Positions 12,021 through 25,466 of a stretch of 64,000 nucleotides of DNA are shown piece after piece. The stretch covers positions 2,882,686-2,946,685 of the forward strand of contig MU058337.1 in the NCBI GenBank assembly GCA_013265495.1, given 5' to 3'. The notes below the pieces were generated by a model. The model saw nothing but the letters and a program-made list of their open reading frames with translations. It ran no database searches and was not told where the DNA came from. The number at the start of each line of letters is the position of its first letter. The stretch's first letter is position 1. Source of the stretch: Vicugna vicugna. Taxonomy: Eukaryota. Both the position numbers and the translations under genes were made by a program.

Positions 12021-12547
12021 CTTCTGTCTGTCTTCAACATCTCAGAAACAAGCAGTTACCATAGACTGAGGGAGAATTTAAAAGAACAACTTAAAATTCT
12101 GGAGCATTTTAACTTTTCCATTTTGATCACTTGAAAATGTAGTGTCTGCTAGATTTCTCTGCTGTAAATTTACTATTTTCTCTTTTCTCCCTTTTATAGT
12201 TTGTGCATATTTCGGGGAATACGTTTTGGCGATTATGCAAATATTCTGTTTCTCAATGAGAAAATGAGGAAGAAAGTTTCAAATTCTCATTCTCTTATTT
12301 TAGCATCCGTCCCCTCCAATTTCCACACTCCCTCTCCTCCCCGCCCCAAATGCAACCAATCATTTTACTTTCTGGTTTATCTTCCCTATATTTATTTTTC
12401 TGATATATGTATATTTTTAAACCCTTTTTTTTAATGGAAGGCAGCATATTACACTCTGTGCATTTTACTTTCCTTCCTTTAATGCTATACTCTACAACTC
12501 ACTCCATAGTAGTTATTGATATCTTCCTCCTCCGTTTTTATAGGTCC

Positions 12548-13075
12548 ATAGTTGGACCTTTTTTTTTCTTTTTGTTTTTATCTATTCTGATCATTTCCAT
12601 TTTTTAATTATTGTGCTTAGAGTATTTACATTTCAAGTGATTGTGGATACAGATGACTTAGTAACTACCATGTTTGTAACTGTTTTCTATTTGTCGTGAT
12701 TGTGATTTGTTTATTTTTCTTCCTCTCTGTCTTGAGTAGTATGTATTATTTCAGTTGTATCCTTTCTTAGCATCTGAATTACATGCCCTTAGTTTTTGTT
12801 GTTATTATTGTTGCCTTTGATTTTTCAACATACATTTGTAAGTAATCAAGGTCTACTTTCAAATGACGCTGCTTCTTGAGCAGTGCAGGTAACTTATAGT
12901 GTTCCAATCCCTCATTCCTGTTCTTTCTATAATATTCCTGTTACTCATTTCATTTATGTATATGCTGTAACCACCTTACACATTTTTACTATTACTTTCA
13001 ACAAAGTGTTGTCTTCATATAAGGCCAACTACGAACATGAAATACAGAAAAGATTTTATTTTGCTTGCATTTAGT
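12548..13075 (-). mobile_element. Old L1M fragment, inter-ORF region and start of ORF2
   Basis: Reverse complement contains acaatcacttgaaatgtaaatactctaag...tcagaatagataaaa...tccaactatg, a degenerate version of the ORF2 endonuclease start ITLNVNGLN...EWIK...PTI. Confidence 0.7.
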
Positions 13076-14175
13076 GCCTGGAAGCAAAAGCAGCCAAGTA
13101 GAAAGGAGCGCCCCCAGCGTTCAGGTCTTGCGCTCTGACATCATTTTCCAGGAGAAGGTACCCGGGCTGCCTGAGGAGCTGGCTAATTCCAGAACTGGGG
13201 CAGGAAATACATAAGATGAGCCTGGAGGGTCTTACAGTGCCGAAAGGTAAGAAAACATTAAAAAAAAAAAAAACCCAAACCTATAAGTTATGAGGTATGT
13301 CAAGGAACACAGAAGCCAAATGAAAGAAATTTTAATGAGATAAAAGAAGAAATTTTGAGAAACAACATACAAAGTAATACTGGATTATTACCCAAAGTAT
13401 ATGATACATTCCAAGAGTACATACTGTAAAAAATAAATAAATAAATAAAAAATATAAATAAATGGGGAAGAGAGAGAAATCTCCTGTGCAGAGGAATTCC
13501 AAACAATGTGTGTAGGTACTTCTCACTCAAGGAGGTGGTGCATAATGCCCTCTCCTTAAATGTGGGCTTCTCATAGCAGCTGCTTTCCCAAGAGTATGGA
13601 ACAAAAATTGGAAGAAACAGTGGCGTGATCGTGGAGAAACCTACCAGCGAGCTGACTGTGGTTAGCATCTGCAGTAACAATTCAGGTTAATAGTGCATAC
13701 CCTGGATGTGACGTGATAAGAAGGATATTTTACCTCTGTGGTCTTCCTACCAGAGACTCATAACCCCGTTTTAATCAGAGGGAGTACCTTTGACAAATCC
13801 CACTCGAGGGACATGCTACAAATATCTGACCAGTACTTCTCAAAACTGTCAAGATCGCCAGAACACTAAGAAAGTCGGAGAAATAATTAGAGGCCAAGGA
13901 CACCTAAGGAAATGGGACTAGTAAATATGGTGTGGTTTCCAGGAACAGAAAAAAAAGGATATTAGGTACAGCTATGAAGGTCTGAGTAAGTTACGGATGT
14001 TAGTCAATAAAAATGTGCCAGTGTTGATTCATTGCCCATTAACATTGGAACCATACTAGATGTTACTAGGGGGAACTGGGTGGGAACTCTGTGCTGTCTT
14101 CAAAGATTTTCTGTAAACTTGAAACTTTTTACACATTTTAAAATTTGATTTTAAAACAAAAGCAAAAAAAAAAAG
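13076..14175 (+). mobile_element. L1MC-like 3' UTR fragment ending in an A-rich tail
   Basis: ggctaattccagaactggggcaggaaata, gaccagtacttctcaaaactgtcaag, gggaactctgtgctgtcttc...ttttctgtaaact, followed by A runs. Confidence 0.75.
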
Positions 14176-15984
14176 TTGGCAGGAAAGCTAGAGATCCTTG
14201 ATTAGGTCTATGATGCAAACTTCCCAGCCGCACAGATCAGAACCTCCCTGGTGCAAGCCAGAGATGTCTGCTGGCTGGAATAATGCAGTCTCACACACTG
14301 ACCCATTTCCTCAGGCTTTATTGTCACAGATTAAATTGTAACAGCAATGTCAGGTTTCCCAAGGGCCAGGTACAGAGCTAAAACTCTGTCCCCGTATAAG
14401 GCCTGTCTGGTACCAAGAAAATTGGTGAACTTGACTTGAACCTGGGACCAGAGAGGTGTGTTCTGCTTGCACCCTGAATTTGGAACTTAGAAACCTATCT
14501 GTGGAGATAACAAAGTCAGCAGAGAGCATCCTCTGTGGCCAGAAGGCTAGAGGGAGCCCACGCAAAGGGGGGAGACTGAAGACAGCAGATTTGTAGAATG
14601 GAGCAAAGAGGAGATGGGAGTTAGGGATGGAGGGCACTGTCTCTGCCTCAACACGGGAAGGTGGAAGTGGGAGCTTGGTGCTGACGTCACCATGCCGGCC
14701 AAGGAGATCCACTGGACAAAGGTTGTTCTCTCAGTTAAGCTGCCCTCTGTCTTTTGAGACAAGAGCTGGTTCATACGAGCTGGACGTAGCTTGTTCTTGC
14801 TGTCAGAGAGGTGATCAGCTGCCCTCCATCTTCCACGTAACCTTGGGGACGGGAGACACGTTCTGCCAACATCGCCGTATTTTATACATGCAGAAATGAA
14901 GTCCTAGAGACATAGAGAAATTTGCCCCAAATCACGAAGCAAGTTACAAAATAAGAATCCTCTGGTTACCTTTCACTTTCTCATAAAACAAGATTTATGG
15001 TATCTTTTTCCACAAAGTAAATGACCCCAGTTGATTTAAGTTCTTCAGTTTCATTTTAAATGAAAATGTAAATGTTTATGATGTATCTTTTTGAAGAGTA
15101 TTGGAAAAAGGCAAGATAAAGAAAAATAGAAGGAATAGATGAGTCAGGCCACCTGGAATGAACTTGAAAAAAAATGCAGTTGGCCTGGATTTGTAACACA
15201 AATAGAGCTATGGGAGACTTTTAAGGAGGACAAGGTCTTGGGGGAAAATGACCAAAGGAACCTGAATTACATATTTACTTCTCAATCCATCAGCACCAAT
15301 TGCTGCCAAATTGGTATTCTCTGATATATTATTACTCAAATAAATAATTGAGAAACCGAAGGCAGGTCTTTTTGCAGAAAGCTTGTGCAGAGGGAGAAGA
15401 CATGCTGGCTACAATGAAGGTAAGTGTAACGTATTGGGGAGAAAGGAGCCCAGAAGGAAGTAAATGCCACAAGAAAGACATCACTGGGAGATATGTCTGT
15501 ATCTCTTTTGTATAAAACAAAGAGAGTGAAATTGCAGGAAATAGAAAGGATATGAGGTAGAAATTTTGCCAAGAAGAAAGAAAAGGGCGTGGGAAATCAT
15601 GGCGTAAGAACTGTTCATGTGGACAGAAAAGTCCTTGCAAAATTGTACAGGAGATGCGGGTCCTACAGGAGCCTGAGAACATCCAGACCTGAAATGTGAA
15701 AGCAGGAAGCAGGCAGATCATTTCATGTTCTTCCCAGGAGTGTCCGACATGGACTGCGTGCTTCCTCTTATCTTGTGGTAATTGTCTGTGGTCCTCTGGC
15801 CCACTTTCTCTTATCCCTTCAAAATTTGTTAGTGGATTGCTATTTCATTCTTCATTATTTCTGCCAGAATTCTTGATGACTTAAAAATTCACATAGAGAA
15901 TCCTTCCAATATCGTCCCCTTAGTATCTGAACGTCTTCTCTGTTTCATTGGTCCATCAGTTTTGCGTTGTTCCTGGAAATCATA

Positions 15985-16660
15985 ACTTCTTGCCTGTGTG
16001 ACCAGCATTCTGCTTCTTTCCCCTGGTTTTGCTCTCAGTTCCCAGCAGTCAACTTTCTGCAATGCATCCAGAGTTATTCTTTCAGATGGAAAGGCTGTCA
16101 CTCTTCTCCTCACAGCCTTCTAGGCGCCTCCCTGCTCATCCGGCATAAAAGCAGAAGTCATTCCGATGGTCTCCTGACCTCATCCCCTGCCTCTCTGCCT
16201 GGAGCATAATTTTCCAACCACTGTATCTTCGTGCTGTTTCCCAAACACCATGAGCCATCAGGGCATGTGCACTGACTGCTGCTCTGCGGGAAATGGTCCT
16301 TCCAACGATGGCTTCTCCCTCACTGCTTGGTGGTCACTCGTTTCCCATCTTTTCACCTCGATAACACATCACGTGCACCAGCATTTTGTAGCAGTTCCCC
16401 CCCTTTTCATCTTTTCACAGCACTTACACAATCTGACTTACTGTTTGGCTGATGTGTTTCTTATTTGTCACCACCGGTGATGTGTCACCACCGGTGATGT
16501 GTTTCTTATTTGTCACCACCGGGAGAGATTAAATCATATGGTTACTTTATAACCATATAGCTGACATCTAAAACATATCTGGCACCTAGAACTGAAGTAT
16601 TTTCTTGAAAAGTATATTATTGTTACTATTGAATTAATGTATCAATAATGCATGACTAAC
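15985..16660 (+). mobile_element. L2 LINE 3' fragment
   Basis: Pyrimidine-rich L2-like body ending in tctggcacctag...tattgaattaatg. Confidence 0.6.
16451..16522. repeat. Local tandem triplication (28 bp + 17 bp deleted copy + 27 bp)
   Basis: gatgtgtttcttatttgtcaccaccggt / gatgtgtcaccaccggt / gatgtgtttcttatttgtcaccaccgg. Confidence 0.9.
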
Positions 16661-17969
16661 ACTTTTTAAAAAGCTAAGCAAAACAAAACAAAAGCACGTG
16701 TATGTTTCAGCCAAGCCAAATATAAATAATAATTGTACCACTGGAAAACTTTGGAAATTTACTTGTATTCTCTGTTTCTTCACCTAGAAAAAAAGTTCTT
16801 ATTATATCTTATTTATGAGATTATTACAATAAACTAAATAATACATGAATACTATCACAATCAGGTATCTAAATCTAGTGATTTTGAAATTACTTGCAAT
16901 TTATCACCTGATAGGTAGGTAGTACCTAGTAAAGGGGAAACATGATCGATGTTCAGATACGGGAAGAGTAATATTATACTACATGAATATTTAAATTGAT
17001 TCCACGCTCTTAGAAAATGAGAGAGAGTTAGAATGGGAGTCAGATTGAAGGCAAGTGAAAGAACAAGGGAGAAAGAAAGCGAAATAATAATTTAAACACT
17101 TTGGCTGATTCAGTGAAACATGTCTCTCCATATGCTTATGCCCCTGGTACCGTGAGATGGGAGGAAGGGCTGCGTGCCTTCCATCCCCCCCAACTACCCC
17201 TGCTTCTCCTTGGTGATTGGCTGACAGACCCAGTGGGATTCTGCTTTTAAAGGCAGGTACTTTGGGGCCATGTGAGCCAGAAGTGCAAGTCACTACTAAA
17301 TCAGGTGCTTATCCAAAGAAATAGCGATCTGCCTGCCCTAGGAGGGAAAAAAATCAATGACAAAAACTGTTTTGAGAGGTTGTATGTAGGGTTCCAACAT
17401 TTTCCCTTTCTGAGAGATTACCAAGATTAATACTAAATATGTTTATTGTGTAAATCATGAGCACAGTGTATGTTTCTATGGCTCTACTGTAGGAAAAAGG
17501 CCTCCAGCGATCATAGCGAAAAGGGGACCTCGCGTGCTGAAGCAGGAGAAAGTAAGAAGTGGTGCTGCCATTGCTTCCCCAGGAGCTTTATATTTATTGT
17601 CTCCATGTTTCAGCGTCTCTGCGAATCAAATTTATAGTTAGGGAGCCCATATATGAAATTACGTAAAAGCAATATGAATCCAATGTCTAGAGCGTAATTT
17701 TATTCCATTCTTGGTGAAAGTAAGTGAGGAGGAACACTGCCCATTTCCGCATGTCCTGAGACACCTTTGAAGGCAGTACATCATGCAGGCACGAAGCCTG
17801 AGACAGCGCCGCTCCCTCTTGCCTCACCCGACAGGGAGGTCAGGTGTGCGGGGGAGACAAGGAAGGATGCCCTTGGGCACCCGCGTAGGGCCCTCTGCTC
17901 CCGTGGCTCTCTGACCTCCAGAGCTTTTGAGCAGATAGAGCCAAAGGCAGCATGAGAAGCAATCCTCAC

Positions 17970-18011
17970 CTTTGAGCAGTGTCTGAGTGGGCTTGGTCAT
18001 GGGCCAGGCCA
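17970..18011 (-). CDS. 42-nt symmetric (phase 1-1) coding exon ((L/M)AWPMTKPTQTLLK), unidentified gene
   Basis: Minus strand reads ctctgtcatgctaaccttacag|TGGCCTGG...CTCAAAG|gtgagg; CTAAC branch-like motif, AAG|GTGAG donor, frame compatible with both neighbours. Confidence 0.7.
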
Positions 18012-21000
18012 CTGTAAGGTTAGCATGACAGAGCGGGTACAGCAAGGGAAGATGTGGTAATCCAGACACTGACTCCAAGAAGGTGTCTTTCCTAACTTAA
18101 AACAGAGGATGGTCATGTTGCAAGCAGTTCAGTGCATCTGATTTCTCACACCTGCTTACCCCTTGACCTACTGCATGCATCTGAAATCAAACACAATTGA
18201 CACAAGACAAGAAACCCCATGAAAAGGCCAAACCACTAGGTGAAGGGCTTTTAGACAGGACAAAGGTATCATACTTTAAAAATCAGGCATTGGGGCAAGC
18301 ATTGTTTTCATAACGTATTTTTTTCCTAGATAATGTTCGTGACTCTGTGATAGTTCAACAGATTTGAATTGCCAGGTTTTCTCTGGGCTGGGGTTAGCTG
18401 GAGAATTCCACAGCTCTTCTGCAGGTGACTGGGGTATAGGCTAGGCTCACACCCACACTGAGGACGGAGGTCCCTCGCTGAGCAGGCCTGGCTGAGCCAG
18501 GACTGTTACACAGATAGCTCAATGGCGCCATCCTCTCTGTCTCTCATAAAACCAATTGTTCTTCCAGAGGTGATACAATCAAAGGGAAAGAAAAATATGT
18601 TTTAAAATACTAAAACATATTTTATTGAACTACAGTCTTCTTATCTTTTAGATTAGATGTCCAAAAATTATATGGGATTTTTGGTTTTCATGTACCCCTT
18701 GATTCAATAAAATATTCATATTAGAAATCTTCATTATAATAAAAAGGTCATTTTTGCTAATTGAGGTAAGATATGATAGTAACTAAAAAAGAAAAAACCT
18801 TTTCTCTGCCAATAGAATAATGAAATTGCTCATGAAAAGTAGAATTTTACATCTGACTTTATATTTCAGTGGAGTCTCACTATGAAATTGGCCTCAGGGT
18901 TCAGACCACAGGACAATGCTATAATTAGATCTTTCTGGCTCTTTCAATAATAAGATTCTTTGAATTGACTTTGAGGTGAATCAGCCTTACACTGAACTCA
19001 GCCCCAGAAGAATTTTATTCTATTGAAACTTAAACACACTTTAAGTTCATCAATGTTGGAAGTCTTTTTTTTTTCCTTCTTCTTCCCGTTAAATACGTGT
19101 ATTAAATAAGTAACGGAGAATGAAGAGGGGAAATGGTACAACTGGGAGCTTTGGGGAGAAACTCTAAAGTCATGACCATCTTTTCTGGCTAATCAAAAGA
19201 TTTCCAAGTATGGAGAAGACAGATTTCATTATTGTTCAAGTTATTAACAAACTCCAAATCAATACCATTTTTTAAAAAAGTGAATATCGAAATGAATATT
19301 GAATTTGTTTCTTTGTTACTTACTTTTAATACCTTCACAGAATGTGCAGTCTAAAAGCACAAGTAAGAACGGATTTAGGAGCGACTAGATTGCAGATCAC
19401 CACCCATCAATAGATGAACATGGTCTCTTGGCTACTTGTCATTGACTAATAATATGAATAAAAAGGATAAGAGAGTTCTGATAAGAATATGGCATGTTGA
19501 GTCCTATTACCAAAAAGTTTTCAACAGTGCACAAATCTTAGATTCTTTTCAAATGGAAACTAGCAAAACACACAAGATTAAACAACTATAATGAAATTAC
19601 TGGTAAACCAAATATTTATTTTCTCTGTATTTTGTTCTCTTTAACCTAAACAGTGGACATGTTTTGGAAGATTAAGATAAATTTGGATCATCATATTAAT
19701 GTGCTTCATTACACGGTATCTGATGATCACATTTTTTCTTTTTTTTTTTTTTGCACCAAGAGTCATTCAACCCAATGCACATTTAACTATCCAATTAGTA
19801 GCAACTTCTTTAGGCTTGGAGAGTTATATAACTGTTGATAGTGTATTTCTGCTTGTTAACATACGTTTCAGAGCTCCCCTAGGTATTTATATGAAAATTC
19901 ATTTATCTTGGCCCCCAGCAGTGCCTTTCAAAACAAGCAGTGCCTTCTGCATCGCTGAAATTCCCAAAGATCACATAGGAACCCATGTGAGAGCACCGCT
20001 GAAAACAAAGCAGTGTGCAGCTTACATTTCAAAGACATTTCCCTTGTATTCTTAGCATGGATAATGAACCCAGGCCTCTGCAAACAGTATGAGATGATTT
20101 ATTCCCACTGTGCCGTGCTTTTATAGTGCTCAGTTCAGCAATACGTTTTCCCCAAGACGCTTAATACGGTCAGGTAGGACTGCAGCATCTCCTTAATTTT
20201 TAAATCAGTAAAATATATTTAATCCACCAATATTTATTAATTTTATAATTCAATTAATTTATTAATTAATAAGTGAACCGCAAGATCTAGAGTTTAAAAA
20301 TAGCTCTAATGAAATGCATTTATTTCCACAAGTGTTGAGTTGTGTACACCTTCCAAATTCAGGTCACTTATACCATCTCTGCCTCCACTAAATCATCTTC
20401 ACCATCACCACCATTAATGATTAATCACAAATTGGATTTTGCTCAACTTAATCCTCTGACGGTTTTAAGATTTGTGTCTTATTTTACTATGCTTCCTTTT
20501 CCCGAAAAAAAATAAAAGTTTTATATTTAGGATTTGAATATGAAGCATCAGTTCTCTAAAGCATTTTGCACAAATATTTTCCTGAGTTAAGATCGCACCT
20601 TATATTAGTTTTCCACCTTTCCCTTTGCAAAATAAGTATTAAATTTAAAATGGTGATTTGATTTTGGAGTTGACGTGACGTGAATAGTAGGTAATTTCCT
20701 ATCAGAGTACTCTAGTAATGATTATTAATATGTTGCTATGTAATTGTCAATATTGTATTAGCATGTTTTAATATCCTTGTCATTTCACCTTTTAACTCTC
20801 TTTTTAGTTTATAGTTGAAGCGTTTATTTTTTTTAATTTGATATTTTCTAGTTTTCATTGTTTATTTCTTTCACATGGAAAATGGTTATGTTGCCATGAA
20901 TTTAGAAATTATGTTCCGGCCTCAAGAGCCACGTTCATACTTCCAACCCAAATCCTCAGAAATGTCCATATTACTTATCCTTTCCGCTTAAAAGGAGCTC

Positions 21001-22199
21001 AATCAAAACCAGCTTTCTCCAGCCACGTGTGCTGGGTACACACAGCAAACCGGGAACAATAGATGTTTGGACAGATAGATCAATAGATAGATTTCCAAGG
21101 CTGGGTTTAAACATGGTCTCTATTCCCAGAACGCTGTGTGCTTGACCTGCTGTGAATGTATGTCCGCCCCACCTTGATCTCCATTTAGCGCCTCACGCGA
21201 TGTGACAGTTTCAGACGCTGATGTTGCGACGGTGCGGTCCAAGGGGAATATCACATCCGGGCAGATCTCACAGCTCACTTGCCTTTGTCATTTTAAATTA
21301 CAGTGTCAAACACTTCCTGCTGCATAACACTCAACTTTGTGTCAGAAACAGAAGAGGGCGAAACCTTTCCTTGCACTGAAGTTCATTGTGTTCTGCATCA
21401 GAAAGAATTTTAGAGAGAACGGTCACCACCTTCATTTCTGCCAGTGCAAAGGGCATTAAGCGAAAATGACACCCTGGCGAGGTGTCCACCCACCTCATTA
21501 CGCTTCTCAACAGTCAGACTCCGTCTCTGAGGCCCAGTCACAGCTCAGTCCATCCCCACCCCCCCACCCCCCGGGGTCCCCACCCGGAGACGCGGAGCCG
21601 GAAACCACCCGTGGGTGATGGGACTGCACCTGTGAGAAACGAGGTTCACTGGCCTTGTTAACCCACACCTTCTGCTGACTGGGCACCCTTTTCTGTTTGT
21701 TGGAGCTTTAACATTTCTGCTGTGGCTGAGCAACCTGGCTCTACGTCGTCCTTTCCAGCTGCATCTGCCTGGGGGTCTGGGCAGACCCCCTTGGCCACAG
21801 TCAGATTCGGCTGTGCCAGACGTCCTCGGGTCCACAACCTTCCAGATCCTCCCAGAAGCCCCGATCCTCCCGCTTGTTCTTTACAGTGTCTGCCAACCTC
21901 TGTTCGTACTTTCACATCTCACACCTGCATCTGTAGACGCTTCCCATTGACTACATCTTCAAACATGATTAGATGTCTGAGAATTGTTTCCAAACAGTCT
22001 GGGGGTGGGAAGTGGGTAGAGTTGAAACAGTATTGGCCCTAATTCCAAAATTATTGAAGTTGGCTGGAAGCTCCATGGGGTCTGTGATACAGTTTCCTTT
22101 TCTTTCGAATGTATGTATATATTTAAAAATCGGGTAAAACATTGGCAGACTTGGCGTTCATTCTAGCTACAATGTATATGTGAGTACTCATAACAACAT

Positions 22200-22335
22200 C
22201 AAAGGGTGATTACTATTATCCATCTCAGAGATTTTATTTTTTTATTTTTTTACAATGGGCCGAAGGCCTTTAGAAGCAGCAAAATAAGGCAAAATAAGGA
22301 GTTTTATGAGCCAGGCTGGTTGAGTTAAAAACCCT
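22200..22335 (-). mobile_element. MIR SINE fragment
   Basis: tactattatccatc...ttttttacaatggg MIR-like core, highly degraded. Confidence 0.4.
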
Positions 22336-23527
22336 AGCTTTACAACTTGCCAAATGTGAAGTTTTGGACAAGTTATTTTGTATCTTGTTACATTTTTCTT
22401 CCGTGGAAAAACTGGAATGAACAATAGCATTTACCTTAGAGAGGATTAGATTTAACCTGTGGAACAAACGTAGGCGTGCCCTGTTACATAACAGAGTTTC
22501 AACAAAGAACAACATTAGTACAGAAGCGAATTCCTCAGTGTAGATCTATGGCTTTTTCTAAGTCTCTCCCATCCAATGAAAATACCCAGGGACTCTTCCT
22601 TGCATTTTATTTACGGAGATACAAACATATTACAACACACTCTAGTGTATTAACAGGTTTTTTTTTTTCCATTTATTCTTTGTTACTTAGGAATGAGACC
22701 ACTGATAATCTCTTTATTTGTAGAAAAAGTAGAAGTGTTTGAATTACTCAAGAATCACATTGAATAGCATTTTATCATATATTGGTAGCATTCCAGGACT
22801 GAATCTACCAAGCGCTGTTTTGAGTCAGTCTGACCCTTTTCCCTACCTTTAGGTCTTAGCCTCCAGCTCTGAACACGAGCTTTCTCACCATCCCAAACGC
22901 ATCCGTCAGCCACACACCACCTCCGGCCTCCGGTTCTCTTCAATTCTGTGTTTCCAGACCAGAGAATGGCTGGAAGAGGACATGGGGCTGCTGGCTCAGG
23001 GCTCCATGTGGAGTGACAAGGTCAAAACTGAGCTGCCGTTTTGCTCAAAGCATTTCTCAGGCTCAGAGGGTCCTGATGGGGCCTTGCTTCGCGTGGAAGT
23101 GAAAAGAATGACATTTTCCAAAATTCAATGAATCCCAGTGTCGCCTGACATTTTAGCTTATTTTTATTTGTGTATTTATGTATTTTGAGGAAGAAGGGAA
23201 GAAGAAAATATTCTTTGTTACACCAAGTTCATACACATGTAAACCTGATCCTTTAAATAGCGCTGTTTGTCTCAGAGTCCCACTAACAATCTCAGGTGAA
23301 CAGTATCCTCGGACACTGAGGCTGAGCACGTCTCTGCAAGGACTCAAAACAAATCTGAGCTGGATTTAGCTAACATGTTACCCAGTTCAATTTTTGTGTA
23401 ATTTCATTTTCTCTCTCATCTTGAGAATTCATCACAAAACTTCTCTAGTCAATACTCAAAATATCGAATGCATGTTTGCACCTCATGTATATGGCTGCTT
23501 CGTGAAGCCACTGTACATTAATTCTAT

Positions 23528-23578
23528 TATATATATATATGTGTGTGTGTGTCTATAATGTACACATATATATGTATA
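23528..23578. repeat. Compound (TA)n(TG)n microsatellite
   Basis: tatatatatatatgtgtgtgtgtgt...catatatatgtata. Confidence 0.85.
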
Positions 23579-24639
23579 ATCTTCAGAAAGACTTCCAGTA
23601 AAACTCCTGTGGGTAACTGCAGCTTAAGATCTTGGATAATCTAATGCCATGATAGACTTGAGCTAGGAGAGCGTATACGTGTTGGAATTTACAGATCAAA
23701 GGTTTCTTTTTCCAACTATGGGCTTTTTCAGCACTTCCATTTCATTCAGAAATATGGAATTTCCTTTCCCTCATTCTTGGAAATGCAAGGATTTCGTTAA
23801 GTTTAGCTATCTTCAAAAGCAACAGAATGTTCAAACTTTTACTCCCTTCTTTTACTGTTAGTTTTAATAACATCTGTTATCTCTCTCTACTATTTAGAGC
23901 TGATAAAATAATCTTTTCAACTCAATAGATGTAATTTTTCAAAAGATGTGATTTTAATGAGTAATCCACGGAGCAGAAGACTGTCAAGAAAGATGGATAA
24001 AAGTAAGTTGTGGGTTAAAGAGTGGGAACAGAAGAGGTAACTATGCCACTTTTAGGTTGCTTTTTAATACGAGTATTATCGAAATTTTATAGGCATCTTC
24101 CTCTTTTCAAAAAGTTGGTGAGAGCGAGAATGGAAAAGTGAAGGCTAGAGAAAGCATATACCTGTGATGCATTCTACCCCAAGGAGGGACGCGCGATTGC
24201 ATGCTGCCAGAATGCTTTAGCAGCTGTGTTAAAATGTTTCACAGCCAGCAGGATAAACTAAGGGCAACCATTCATTTAGTTAGACTGCTTTTAAAAAATT
24301 TCAAAGTCCTGCTATTGCTTCATGATGCAGAAGTGAGGAATGAATGCCAATGGCGTTTCTTTCAACCATTTTCCATCGAAGATGATGTGAAACAGATCTG
24401 TGCTTTGTATTTCCCTGTGCGGTTCTGCCAACGTCGGGCAGCTGTGCCGTGGACCAACTGCCAAGCCAGTGTTTAGATATGAGCCCTACATGCTGACGAG
24501 AACGCCCAGTAGGAAGACCACAACGTGTGGGATCAGAACAACCAGCTGTGTGATCTTGAGCAGGTCACCGAACTTATCTCAGCTTCTGTAGTTGTGGTCA
24601 CTGAATCAAAGTGCCAATGGGAAATTTGCAATGCAATCA

Positions 24640-24900
24640 GAAGGCAGCATGGTGGGGAAGAAACAGTATCACATTCAGAGTCAGGTCAATGCGATTGGTC
24701 CCCATTCCCCACCTCTCATCCTCTCCGCCACTGACCGTGTCACCTAATGTCACGAGCGTGATAAAGTTCTGAAGCCTTCTGAGTGATTCTTTTCTTATCT
24801 TTAAGGTGAGAACAGTAATATTCCTGCATTGGGTTGCAAAAATGAAATAAGGGGACATGGAAAAGCACCTAGAAAATGATAGGCATATAGTACACATTCT
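24640..24900 (+). mobile_element. MIR SINE
   Basis: ggcagcatggtg...cagagtcagg...ttcttatctttaaggtgagaacagtaata...tggaaaagcacctagaa. Confidence 0.65.
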
Positions 24901-24946
24901 GTATGAAGATTTTTCTCACCTTAAAGAAAGGGACGTTAATCTTCCT

Positions 24947-25466
24947 GTGTAATAATCCTCTATTACTGCTCTAAGAAATCACCACAAACTTAGTGATTAA
25001 AAATACAACAACAAAAAACAAATTTATTATCTTACAGTTTTGGGAGTCTCAGTTCTAAGATGAATCTTACTGGGCAAAAATCAAAGGTTAGCAAGACTGC
25101 AGTCTTTCTGGAGGCTCTAGGAGGAGAATCCATTTCTTCGCCTTTTCCATCGTCAAGGATTTCTCATTTTCCTTTTCTTGGGACCCCATTCCTCCATCTT
25201 AAAAGCGAACAACATCCAGCCAAGACCTTCTCACACTGCCATCTCTCTGACTCTCCTTCTTCTGCTTCTGTTTTTCAATTAAAAGGATTCTTGTGATTAC
25301 ATTGGCCCCACTTGGGTAATAATCTCACCTCAAGAACAAGTGATTAAAAACCTTAATTCCATTTGTAACCTTAGTTCCCCTTTGCCATGTACACCAATGG
25401 ATTCACATATTTGGTGATTAACACATACTTGGACATCTCTTGAAGGTCATTACTCTGCCTGCTACT
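24947..25466 (-). mobile_element. MaLR LTR (MLT1D-like)
   Basis: caccacaaacttagtg, tttattatcttacagtt, ctttctggaggctctaggaggagaatccatttc, gtgattacattggccc, ggtcattactctgcct. Confidence 0.85.

Noticed and set aside
16451..16522. Short direct repeats as a possible CRISPR array
   Set aside because: No unique spacers, no cas genes, mammalian context.
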